Shown: positions 51,244 through 62,597 of the stretch, piece by piece
Layout: each line of letters starts with the position of its first letter
Position numbering within the stretch: the stretch's first letter is position 1
Assembly: GCA_030390025.1 (NCBI GenBank)
Contig: CM059431.1
Span: 127,536,001-127,600,000, forward strand
Direction of reading: 5' to 3'
Length of the DNA: 64,000 nucleotides
Source: Squalus acanthias
Taxonomy: Eukaryota
Notes under the pieces: model-generated
What the model was told of the DNA's origin: nothing
Databases searched by the model: none
Seen by the model: the letters and a program-made list of their open reading frames with translations, nothing else
Position numbers and translations under genes: made by a program

Positions 51244-51955
51244 TTGATTTCAGGTAAAACTGCTGCTCATTGGCTTAATGCTCAACAGGTGGACTAATAT
51301 CGGGTCCAGTCTAATTCCCAGTCATATTTACTCCGACGTGTACTGGAGGGCTCCTCCCGAGTGGTCAAAGCAGCAGTACCGTTGCTTCAGTAGTCCAATG
51401 GTCTACTCAATAATGTTCCTGGTGGAAGCATGGCTCTCATTATATGATTGCTAGGCATGAGTGGTGGGGTTGCGGAGGGGAGTCAGGTGCATTAATTTCT
51501 TGCACCAGCTGGGCTCTGTGGTGGAACCACTGGATTTTCCAATTGGAAAGCTGCTCCAAAAGTGCAAGCAGCTCACTGACGGAAGGCAAAGGGTTTGGAC
51601 CTCCTACCTCTTTCATTGATTGGTTGGTTGGCACGCTCCCGCCAGTTGGAAACAATCACTTGGCAATTGACTCTATAGCACTCACCGCACTCCACCCGTT
51701 CAGCAATTATTTCTTCAGTTATTTGTGTGGGTGCGTTATAGTCATGCACATGAATGTTGTGAGGTTTACCCACAGTTTTGACATAGGTTAGAGAATTTCA
51801 AACAACCTACTTATTTCATTTCCTGATATGACAATTACATAGAGGCAACTTAGTTCTTTGGACATGCCTTGTTACAATAAGATTCCAAATCCAGTGTGAG
51901 CTTGTAGTCAACAACTTTCTTTTAACAATGCAAAAACCCAATGTATAAAAAATCC

Positions 51956-54900
51956 AGGGGGCTAATTTCCCCACTGTAACACCAGTAGTTTAGGCACTAA
52001 GGAGTCTCCGAGATAGCCAAGTTGGGTTTTGAGCTGCAACACCTGGTCAGCCCGCCTTTAGCACAAAGACGCCATCTTGGTAAAGGAGTTTAAGTGCGCG
52101 CTAGGAACAGCCGGCCCGAGGATGATTAAGCCTCTGATTACCAATTAAATTTGCTGCTAACACTCATTAAAGAGATGGCACATCATTTTGTTGGCTAGCG
52201 TTGCAATTGTCGACCTCTCCGAACAACGACCAGCTGAACACGGGTAAAGAGGTTGTTGGTGAGGATTGCGAGTGTTACTTACAGCCATGCTCAGCTTTCA
52301 CTGTTCACTTGCTGATTGAGATCGACTGACTACACTGCATTTGAAGAGGACTTTTGATACACATCGGGAGACTTTCTGGGGCACTTTGTCAAGACTTCTC
52401 GAACACTCTATCAATATTTTTTCCAGAAATTCTCTGAGGACTTCACCTTAAGAGAGCGAGTGCTGTGCTACTGTACCTTATTGGAGACCTTATAGAAGTC
52501 AGTAGGAGAAAGGGAGTGCTTGGTCATGGGGACCTTGCAAGGTGTCCCCTTGGTCTGGAAGAGAAATGGAAGGAGATGAGGCCATGAAGAGCAGCACCAG
52601 CTGCTGGAGGAGAGAGGGACAGGAGGGACAGGAGGGTGAGGAGGGCTGCAGATTCATGGTGACTTGCTGCATGCTCCACAATCTGGTGATCATGAGTGAC
52701 CAGCCGTTACCACGAGCAATTGTGCCAGAAGGTCAAGCTCAGGAGCCACAGGAAGAGGAGGAGAAAGAGGAGGAGGAGGTTGAGGAGGAGGTGGAAGGTG
52801 AGAGTTCCAGGTAGACAGCTCGCACCTGGGAGGGACGCTCGGTGCCGTCTAATTAAAGACCGCTTTTGAGAGATGTCTTCCACAATCAGACTTCAGAGTA
52901 CGGTTGCCACATGCCTTACCTTCAGGGCTGAGGATCCATTAAGAAGTTCACCATCTGCACTAAATCCTTTCAACCCCTTCCTCATGAAGAACACAATAAA
53001 AAAAACACCAATTTGACCACTACCCAATTACCATAATCATTCTTTATCTAGAGCAAAAACAAACAATGAAAATATGACACAGCCAACAGCACTTGCAAAT
53101 ATTGAAGTATTCACCCTGGTGCTTACCCTTACTGGCTATCCTATAAGTGCTCTTGCCGACTCTGGTGCTTCTACAAAGTACATTCCGAGTGGCAGCAGCA
53201 CACAAGTTGGATGGCTGCTGAGAATCTGAAGAGGGCAGTTCAGATGCCCTCCTGCGATGCCCTCGAGAGGCTGTGGGCCTCAGACTGCACCAACTCAGCA
53301 GTCTGAGCCGCCTGGCTGACAGGCAACTGCAAGGCCAATGGTAGAGTGGTGGGCGAGGGAGCAGCAATGCTGCCATCCAGAGAGAGGCCAGTAGGTTCCT
53401 GCTCCATGATTCCCACGCCACTACCACGGTGCGTCTGTTCAGCCAGCCCAGTGATCTGCTGGAGGACAGATCTCTGGGCAGCTGAGACATTCTGCAAGCC
53501 CCTTTCAACTTCCATGGAAACTGCTGTGACTGTAGTGGAAGCTGTGAGCTCAGTCATCAGATGCTGCATGATGTTGGGCTCTACAGGTCGCTGGATGGAA
53601 TTGGCCAGCCTCTCCACGCTGGTGAGGATGGGTTCCAGGCTCTGTGTCCAACCATGGACCAAGCTGGAGGTGGACTCCTCCATTCCCCTGGCCACAACCT
53701 GTAAGCTTTCAGGCAGGCTGTCCATTGCACCAAGTATTTGCTTTGTCAAACCCATCAGCCTTCTTTTGAAGGTTGGCCCTGCGAGATTCATATCCACCTC
53801 TTCCACAGCAGAAATAGTATGTGATTTTGCCTCCGGCAAGGTGCCACCTGCGGTGTCCCTTCCACCAGGCGTGCTAACTGTCCATTAGCGTCTGCTGCGT
53901 GCCACTGTGAGTATTCATGTTCTACCCTAACCTCTAAATTACATGTGGTGCCGGTTGCTGAGCTGGCTCCTGTGACCATGGCAACGGTTGGCACATTGCC
54001 ATCTTCCTCGGTCTCCTCCTCCTCCTACTCTTGCTCGGGGGAGAAAGGTGGCTCTTCCTCCTCCTCCAGTTCCTCGGGAGCGGGGGGGGGGGGGCGAGGT
54101 GGATCTTGCTCCTGGAAGCCTGCAATGATAAGGCTAGAAGGGTTAGTGTGCAGTGCGTGTAGCCACTATAGGAGGATGTGTATGATGAGGCCATATGGAG
54201 CTTGTGAGTGAGGATAGGTTTGGAGCATTAGGGATCAGGAATAGCTGTGCATCTGCAAGGAAGCTGGAGAAGCCACATACCTCTAGGCGAGATGTCCACT
54301 GCTCTGCCTGTGGCCACGGCGTCTGCCACTCCTCTCCCGATTACCACCAGCACTGTCTCCTCAAGGGGAGTGATGTCAAGGAGTCATGCTTCCCCTCTCC
54401 GGTCAGGTCCTGCTGGTGCCTGTTATGAACTATCTTATCCTGGAAGAGAAAGGGTGGTGATTGTGAATGATTGTATTGCCACGTATGTTTGTGTGTGTGT
54501 GTGTGTTGCCTCACATGGTTGAAGAGCTGTGAGATGTGTCTGAGGTGTGAGTAGTGCCTGTGAAAGATGCAATAGTGTGGGTTGTGTGACTGACAGTGTA
54601 TCATTAGATGCTGGATACAGTGTGTTTTGGTTGAGATGCTGGTGGTGATGCAGTTATTGAGAAGTGTGTTTGTGAGATGAGATCTTACTTTGACCACTCG
54701 TGTCAAATCATTAATTTTTTGTAGCACTGGAGCCATGTCCTGGCGGGCAGTACTCCTGGCTGTGACATCCTCAGCGATCTCCTCCCTCATCTTATGCTTT
54801 TGTTGCCTCTGTGACCTCCGTCCCCCCTGCGTGTACAGGATACCCCTCCTCCGCTGCACCTCCTCCACCAGGACCTCCAGTCTGAGAACCTGTGAGCCCT

Positions 54901-55220
54901 CTCCCTCGATCCCTGAGCCATCCTGTGAAGTGCCATTGTCCTGCTCCTTCAGTTTCGCTGTCAGCCAGCGCACTCCAGACCTTCAGTGGAAGTGGATGCG
55001 TGGAGGCTACATTCACCACTTCAAGAAAATTGCTCCTAATCAGCGCTTGAGTGCTAAACATTCAGGTCTCCATTTTAGTGCCTCCAGGCACGTTTAAACC
55101 ATAACAATCAGCAACTAGCCCCAAAATTGTGGGCTAAATCCAGACTCTTAACCAGGCACGTCTTATTCGCACAGCACTCACTTAGCGCCTGTTTTCACCC
55201 TTTCTCCAAAAAAACCCTTA
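51956..55220. mobile_element. Harbinger element: truncated transposase remnant (+, about 52450-52870) and decayed Myb/SANT gene (-, about 53100-54930)
   Basis: Plus strand: VTCCMLHNLVI with an acidic tail. Minus strand: LEVLVEEVQRRRGILY...EEIAEDVTARS...NDLTRVVK, then a GTAAG donor. Confidence 0.82.
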
Positions 55221-55499
55221 TCTTTGATCCATTGTACTTTTCAGTGTATACACAGAAACAGTCCAGAAATGAACTTTTAATCACGCTTAAGGCAATCAGC
55301 ACATGATGTGAGGTATTTTAGAGAATCCAGCACAGTGTGAGAAAGAAATATATTCATGGCTGGACTTGACTAATAGCAACAACATTTTTAAGTAGATTTA
55401 TTTTACGCTGTACAGAACAAATGCAAAAAGCACAGATATAGCTATAAAGTTGCAGATAAACTGTTGCATTTGTGACTTTTTCTGCATAGTAACAGGCTG

Positions 55500-56480
55500 C
55501 CCCAGCTATCAGTAGATGGACAGACTGACACATTATTAAAAGACAGCTTTGTTAATGTTAATGATATACCAGAAATTCAAGCTCTCACGCATGTTAAATT
55601 ATCCGATTTTCTGTCAGTTTGACCTGTTAACTCTGCATATCAGGAACGAGTCAGCAAATTAGAAAGTTGGATTTGACTCAACCATTCTGTGATGCCTCAT
55701 GCAGTCACGCTGTGCTAATATAGCTTAGCAAGTAGCAGAAATTTGGGAACAATGACATTCTCCTTCAGTTTGATTGATTTGAAAGATTAGATAACGAATG
55801 ACCTAATTGGATGAAGCTACATCATTTACAATGCAGATTTTATGAGAATACATCAGTTATGACAGGTAAATGGCTAAAACCTTTTGCTTCCTGTAATTAC
55901 ATTACAACAACTTCTAGAAATGCTGGAAAGGAAGACTGATTAAATTACCATAAATTGATTATTGGATTTGATTTGCTTTAGACATAAAAACTGGTAACAG
56001 TCCGGGGAAAATATAGAAACAATTTTTCTTGTTTCACTGTCATGACAAGTTGAAGAGGAATATGTAACTTGACAGAGTTATGTTAACATTGCTGAGACTG
56101 GAAATGAGAGAGGCCATGACAGCGACTGACCATTTATTATTCTCAAGCCGCTTCTGACAGCAAGCTTTAATTTTCCACATGCACAGTCAATCTATGGAGA
56201 CACCTGACAAACAAAAGCTCTTTTTGTTAGGAAAAGTACATGCTGCTGTTCAAAGTTTTCATCATGTTCTGTGCTGCAGCTGACAGTGGCCAGCTCTGGG
56301 CTGTGTCACCTTGACAAGACAGTTGGCGTCTGCATCCACAGAAAATTGAAAACGGCTTTCACAATGCTAGACAAATAGACAAGCATCCATTTTACTGTCA
56401 TCCAGCCGTTCATCTTAACCTGTCATGGCAAGTTATCTTATTCTAACTAATTCCTGAAATGTCAGAGCTTGCATCGAGAA
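55500..56480. promoter_or_regulatory. Candidate enhancer: homotypic cluster of TGACAG (MEIS/PREP/TGIF) sites with a PBX-type TGATTGAT
   Basis: Nine exact TGACAG/CTGTCA hexamers between 55611 and 56425, TGATTGAT at 55771, and no recognisable TE. Confidence 0.55.
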
Positions 56481-56846
56481 GCTTTCTACCTGCATGCTGC
56501 AACGGAGATTGAAAAGGGGCATCATACAAAGCCAAGCAGATCAAGAAATCTATTTGCAACAACCATTGACACTGGTTCAGTCCCTATGGGCAAATGGTGT
56601 GAGCACTGGCATGATAAAAAGTAACTAAAACTTCTTTTAAGAAAACTGGAATTTCCACAGACCTGAATTAAAGAACGATTTCAAATACATTTTCTTCTCT
56701 GTGTGCCATTTCACCACCTCACAGTGTCAGTTGAACATAGAATGAGGTGAGTTTCCACTATAACTCCAGATGTTTGTTCTTGGGGTAGAATTAAAAAGTA
56801 CTGCCTGTGGATGCACAACACTGAACATCCAAAGACTTCTCAAACC

Positions 56847-56872
56847 ATATATATATATATATATATATATAT
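56847..56872. repeat. (AT)n microsatellite
   Basis: About 13 AT units. Confidence 0.9.
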
Positions 56873-59458
56873 TCACTAACTCTTGTTTTACGGTAATTAC
56901 AATTATTTGAGTTAAGGTAGCAGGGATCAAAAATAATGCACAGTAAGTAAACCGTACAACAACAGCAACAACCTGCATTTACAAGATGGTCCACATTTGT
57001 GCTAACTATACCCCCTTCCCCCTTCATTGCCAAGCTCAGATCAAGTGCCAGACATGGCTGATGAAGCCAAAACTATTTTATTACAGAAAGCAATTCATGG
57101 GTCTATGAATCAGGTCAATGCAAACCACTCAGGTACTCCATAATTAGCATAATCTCCAGCCACAAAGTTACAGGTCTGGATGCATCAGGCTGCACTGTGT
57201 TTAATCATTTAACATATTGCATAGAGATAAATCCATTCCAACAATTTTTAGTCCCAATACACATTAACATAACATTATACTCAGACCTGCATTACTATCA
57301 CTAGCCTTATATGCACTCAAGCTTTTGCTCAAGATGCATGGAGAAAATCTCTGCTTTCAGTACACATGACTGACTGCATGTCAAGAAGTAATGCTCTACC
57401 AAGCTATAAGATGCAAATCCTAACTTAGCATCCTCTTCTGTGCACCATTATACTGGATCTGACATAGAAATACAACTCTTATTAAACATGTAACACATTG
57501 CAAACAGCATTCTTTAAAATGTTACTTAACATCCAGGAATCATAGTCCTCCATTTTGCTGGATCCACAATTCAAGGTACCAAATCTATCAGGGGCAATTT
57601 TACATACCAGCACATTCGATGCATAGCCTCACCCACCAGAGTGCATTTTCGGAATTCTGGCACACGCCCCAGCCCTATGATTTTCCATCTTTCCATTTTA
57701 ATGGACAGAAAATTGTATCCACTCGCAACTGGATTCCCAATACATGTTTTCAGTGGGCGACAGTCTATGCTGGGAATGTGGTTTTGTAAAATTATCCCTA
57801 TCCCGTAGAAGCCAGTTAAGCTGGAGCAGTGAAATCCTGCACTTGATCCCACAGCGGAAGTACAATAAAGAAACAGCAAGTTAGAAACGATGGCTTTAAA
57901 CTGTCTGGGTAATAACTCTAAACATTTAACATGGCCCGAGAAATTCCGCTGCCCGATGTTTTAACCCAATTAAAATAAAAAAGTTAAGAACTTTTTTTTA
58001 AATAGTCGACAAAGGAATTTCAAATACACACATTGCGCAGGATTTTGCACTTGAGACTAGCTTTAGAGCATATGGTTGGGAAATTCACTGACTCCTCGCT
58101 TGCCCCTGCCTAATATGGGAATGTCAGAAATATGACATATTACCTCTGATTTGTGCCTTGGCAATGCTGAGTGCAAGGAACATTAATGTGTACTATGCAT
58201 CCTGAATTGCAATGGGCAGCAGGGAGGAGTTCAATTTTAAATTCCTGAATTTGAATAAATACATTTAGAAATTCTCCCCAGCTTCAGCTGGTTAAGAGGT
58301 CGCTGGTGTAGGCCAACCACAGCCATTGTCCATCTCCCACCCCTCTTGGGAGAGTCAGTTATAGTACGCAAAATAGCTCGACTCTGGGAAACCTGCCTGA
58401 CCAAACATGCATCGAGAAGTGGAAAATCCCAGCTATTAAGCATTCATATGCTAACATTTGCACAGTATAATTTCAAGGCATTTATTTTTAATTATCGCCT
58501 GATTTCTCCAACAGGTAATATTGGAAACAGAGTTTGCTCCTCCGTCCAACCTTTAATTAAGCGTTGCTAGACTGAACCCCCTCGCAAACTTCCTCGCCTT
58601 TCAGATTTTCAAATATTCTATTACCATGGTTACCATTAGAAATATAATTAATTGCAGGAAAATCCAAACTTAGGTTCAAAATCTCCCGCCCTGGGCAGCT
58701 AATTTTTAACAACTGCACTTCAAAGATTAATTTGAATAATGTCAAGCTGTCTGAGAGAAGAAAGGTATTTCTGGAAGTTGAATTAACCCTGGCTTTTCCA
58801 AGATTTTTAAAGCTTAACCTGGACGAACCCAAAAATCTTCACCATATACAGTCGGTAATGACTAGGGTAAGGATCAATTTAAATACTACATATAGATTTT
58901 TATAGTCTCCTACAATTTCTGCATATTCATTCTACCTACAGCATGTTATATTAATGAACTTTCAATGGTATAGCATTATTGATTTTCAATATTAAAACAA
59001 AGTTGTACTAAATAAATTTAACGCATAACTATAAATTTGATACAATATTAATAACTTCCATTGAAAAACTTGTGTGAGATTACATCTTTCCATGTTATAT
59101 CCCTACTACATTGGGATTTAGGTTAAAAAAGTGGGTTTTTACTACCTGAGAGTTAAGTCAGTTATAGATCTAACCAAAACTTTCAATTTTGCACTCAATA
59201 TTGGTTTCAAGACCACCTCCATATTAAGCTATGTTATCCAGCTGTTGCAAGTACTAACATCATTTTCAGACATGTTTTAAACGTGTGGTATACAGAGATG
59301 TAGGATCAATTCCTCCCCCCCAATGGTAAAAATATTGGACAATGAAATATCAAAACCCAGAACTGCAGAGCCCGCAAAAAGGGCTCGGTAATAAAGGGTT
59401 AATTCAAACATTGCAGCTGAAACTACGAATCTAAAATCTGAACAAGGACATCTGCATA

Positions 59459-60101
59459 ATAACAACAGAAAACGCTGGAAAAACTCAGCAGGCCAGGCAG
59501 CATCCGTAGAGAGAGAAAGAGAGTTGACGTTTCAGGTCGATGACCTTTCATCAGAACTGGGAAGAGCTGGAAATCAAATAGATTTAAGGCCAGGGTAAAG
59601 CTGGGAAAAGGGGGAGGGGATAAAGGAACAAAGGAGGAGATGAAGAGACATTAAGAGACATTAAGAGATATGCAAGGCTAGAGGTGGTGTTAATGTGACA
59701 GATTAAGGCTGAATGAAGTGTGAAATCCACTGGCAGAATGAAGGACAGCTGCCAGCTTCTAGGAGGAAAAAAAAGGTGGGGGGGACAAATAAAAGGGTGG
59801 ATAAAATAAAATATAAATGTGATTGGAGCTGAGGTTATGATCTAAAATTGTTGAACTCGATATTGAGTCCAGAGGGCTGTAGCGTGCCTAAACGAAAGAT
59901 GAGGTGCTGTTCCTCGAGCTTACGCTGAGCTTCCGTGGAACAGTGTAATAGGCCGAGGACGGTGAGGTCAGAGTGGGAGTGAAGCGGTGAATTAAAGTGA
60001 CAGGCCACCGGGAGCTCGGGGTCCCCCTTACGGACTGAACGGAGGTGTTCCGCAAAGCGGTCACCCAATCTGCGTTTGGTCTCCCCAATGTAGAGGAGTC
60101 C
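59459..60101 (-). mobile_element. 5'-truncated Penelope-like element: GIY-YIG endonuclease end plus 3' pLTR
   Basis: CGLLYIGETKRRLGDRFAEHLRSV...PVACHFN...RKLEEQHLIFRLGTLQPSGLN. 11-bp TSD ACATCTGCATA (59448-59458 and 60102-60112). Confidence 0.92.
59522..59558 (-). ncRNA. Minimal type I hammerhead ribozyme in the Penelope pLTR
   Basis: AGUU-CUGAUGA-A-AGGUC-AUC-GACCU-GAAA-CGUC-AACU, with a GUC cleavage triplet. Confidence 0.8.
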
Positions 60102-60923
60102 ACATCTGCATATTCATTTACCTTAAGGGATTACATTGTCCACGTTAGACCATGGTCCCCGAATAACTATTTTAAGTGCAGGCCTAGACAATGGGCCTTG
60201 AACCTTTTGAATACGAATGCTAACATAAACCAACAACTTCGCATATGCAGTCACTTTGGGAAGGTTGCATTGTCAGAAAGGTATCTCTAATCAATGGACA
60301 ATACCGGGGACAATTCACACATTTTAAAATCAATCGTATGCTCAGGAGGGGGCCAGGAAATGTGTGTCAAGATACTGCAAGTTGGTTTTGGTTTAAAGTA
60401 AGAGCACTTCGAAGACAATGGTGTGGGAAGCCGATGGCAGAACAGCGAACACAAAGATTCGGGCCTACAATCAACTCCAGGAGACAGCCGATCGGGAGTG
60501 GTGATTGTATGTTTCTGTCAAATCATAGAGGGGGCTTTTATGATTGAGTCTGAGTAAGTTTGTGACTTTCAGTCAGATCACAATAAGGGTTTTGTGATTG
60601 AGTCTGGGTAACTTTAAATGTAACAGTCAAATCGCGGACGGGTTTAACTGTGTCATATTGTGTCGATGCAAATGACCCTTGCGTAGGGGTTTGTATTTTG
60701 GGGTTGTTAGTCTAATATAAATCGTAGGGATTTATACTGGGGAAGTAATTGTGTGTGTGTGTTCAATAAACAAACAAATCAAAGGTTGAGCCAAAACCCT
60801 GTGCCGTGTGTATTTTGTTCTTATAAATCCTGACGTCCAACAACTGTGTGTAACGGGGGACCAGTATCGGAGAAACCCCCTTACAGAATCTGGCGGCAGG
60901 ACGTCAAGGTTTAGAATAAAATT

Positions 60924-62597
60924 ATGGACAGGGTTAAGTGCAAGAAACCCGCGATGGAGGATAGGATATCCTCGTATGTGTTTGGGAAAGTAAACATTTC
61001 CCAGCACTGGGTGTGGGAAATGTTACACTCTGACAGTCCGTATGAGAAAGCGGTAGAGTGGACGTGCAGTAGTATACATAAGAAATCGAAGGAAAAGGCG
61101 ATTTAGCTAATATGTATGCAGAAATAAATTCAGATGCTCACGGAGAAGAAATGAGCATTTAGGAAAAGAGAAACAGGAATCAGAAAGTAGGGCCGGAGAG
61201 AGAGAGGCCGTAGTGAACCGGCTGACGGAAGATTTGAGCTCTCAAGGCAGAAGAGAAAAGCGCAGGAAGAAACAGCTAGAAACACGTTAGAGTACCTGCA
61301 ATGTCAGGTCACCGAAAGTAGAAGGCAGTGTCAGGCTCAGCGTGAGGAAGGTAATAGGAAGTCAGAGAGAGCTGACAAGGCTGAGGAGCAGTTAAAAGAT
61401 ATAAAGGTGGCATACAGGGTCGCCAAAAACCGGGTACATGAAGAGGCCGATCACGGGCCCTGTAATGAAAAAATCCGTAAGTTGACCCTAGCATTATCCA
61501 GGGCCAGGGGTATGGTTTGTCTCATGGCACCAGGGGAAGTTGGCGTAGACTGGGATAAGGAGGAAAAGGAGCCCGATGATGGGATCCAGTATAGAGAGGT
61601 TCGACCGGCTCCCGAAGCACAGGGACCACCGGGACCGATGTGTCCCCTGCGACAGCAAAGTTCGGTCCACCCCCACAAGGCGGCGATCAGGGGCCATTGC
61701 AGAGTGATTATGTGCTTCCCTATATGTCCCTTCAGTTGCAGGAAATGCTGGCCAGTGTGCCGAAACTGAAGCACGGAGGGGATGCCTCTGTTCATTTTGC
61801 CAACGTAGAGCAGATAGGGTGGATCAATAATAGTGACGACGACGAACAGAAAAAGCTGATACTGTTCTCTCTAGATGGGAAGCTGTACCAGGGTTTGTCG
61901 GCAGCCACTAAGTTAGGAGAGGGTACCCTGGACGGGGTAAAGGACGGAATTTTAACGGCACTGGGACATAGCGAGGGCAGCCCGTTCTTGCAGGTCGAGC
62001 AGACCAGACAGCTGGCTGGCGAGGCACCGGATGCATTCGTAGACAGGTTGTGGCCCGTGTATCTGAAAGTGTCGGGGGGAAATCTAGCCCGAGCACAGTT
62101 GTTAGGGTCTCCCAGGAATCATTGGTTGAGGACCCTAGTGGCTAACAGCCTGCCACGGATCAGGGCCAGGGCGGAATCATGGTTCGACTCCGAGGATGTT
62201 AATAATACAGAGCCAGGCATGTTAAGGAAACTGACTCTGGCTTTTAAATCCGACCGATGGGAGGAGAATAAACAAAAGGGAAAAGTGCACGAGATGAAGG
62301 GAAGCGTGGATGGTAGAAAAGAATGGAAGCAGGAGTGGGGTAAGGTGGACAGATCCCAGGCGTGCTTTAATTGTGGTAGAATGGGACACTGGAACAGGGA
62401 GTGCAAGTTCCCTAAAAGAGAAAAACCAGGATACAGGGGTCCCTCAGGGTCAAAACCGCGGGTAGTAGAGGCGAGGAAGGAGAGGGTAGAAGACCCGGTG
62501 GAACTTCTAGTTATGGCAGGTTATGGGCAAAGACCAGGGAAAGCTGGACGCTGCCGTATGCAGTAAAAAGTCCAACACGCCCCCACTTCTCCCATGA
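60924..62597 (+). pseudogene. gag: gag of a retrovirus-like element (charged helical N-terminus, capsid-like region, CCHC knuckle), disrupted
   Basis: ATG 39 nt after the LTR. Zinc knuckle CFNCGRMGHWNREC. Capsid-like QLAGEAPDAFVDRL. Several stops and frameshifts. Confidence 0.85.

Larger units (their letters stand above)
59299..60885 (+). repeat. 5' LTR of the right-hand provirus, interrupted by a Penelope fragment
   Basis: Ends CCCCCTTACA, followed by a PBS-like TGGCGGCAGG at 60891. AATAAA at 60765. The left end TGTAGG is inferred. Confidence 0.65.

Noticed and set aside
51440..51791. ORFs on both strands in non-TE-looking DNA, with a minus-strand GTGAGT donor
   Set aside because: No compatible acceptor or open frame, and no recognisable protein family.
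57571..57879. 102-aa minus-strand ORF with splice-like boundaries
   Set aside because: Weak acceptor and no recognisable homology. It may be a MITE remnant.
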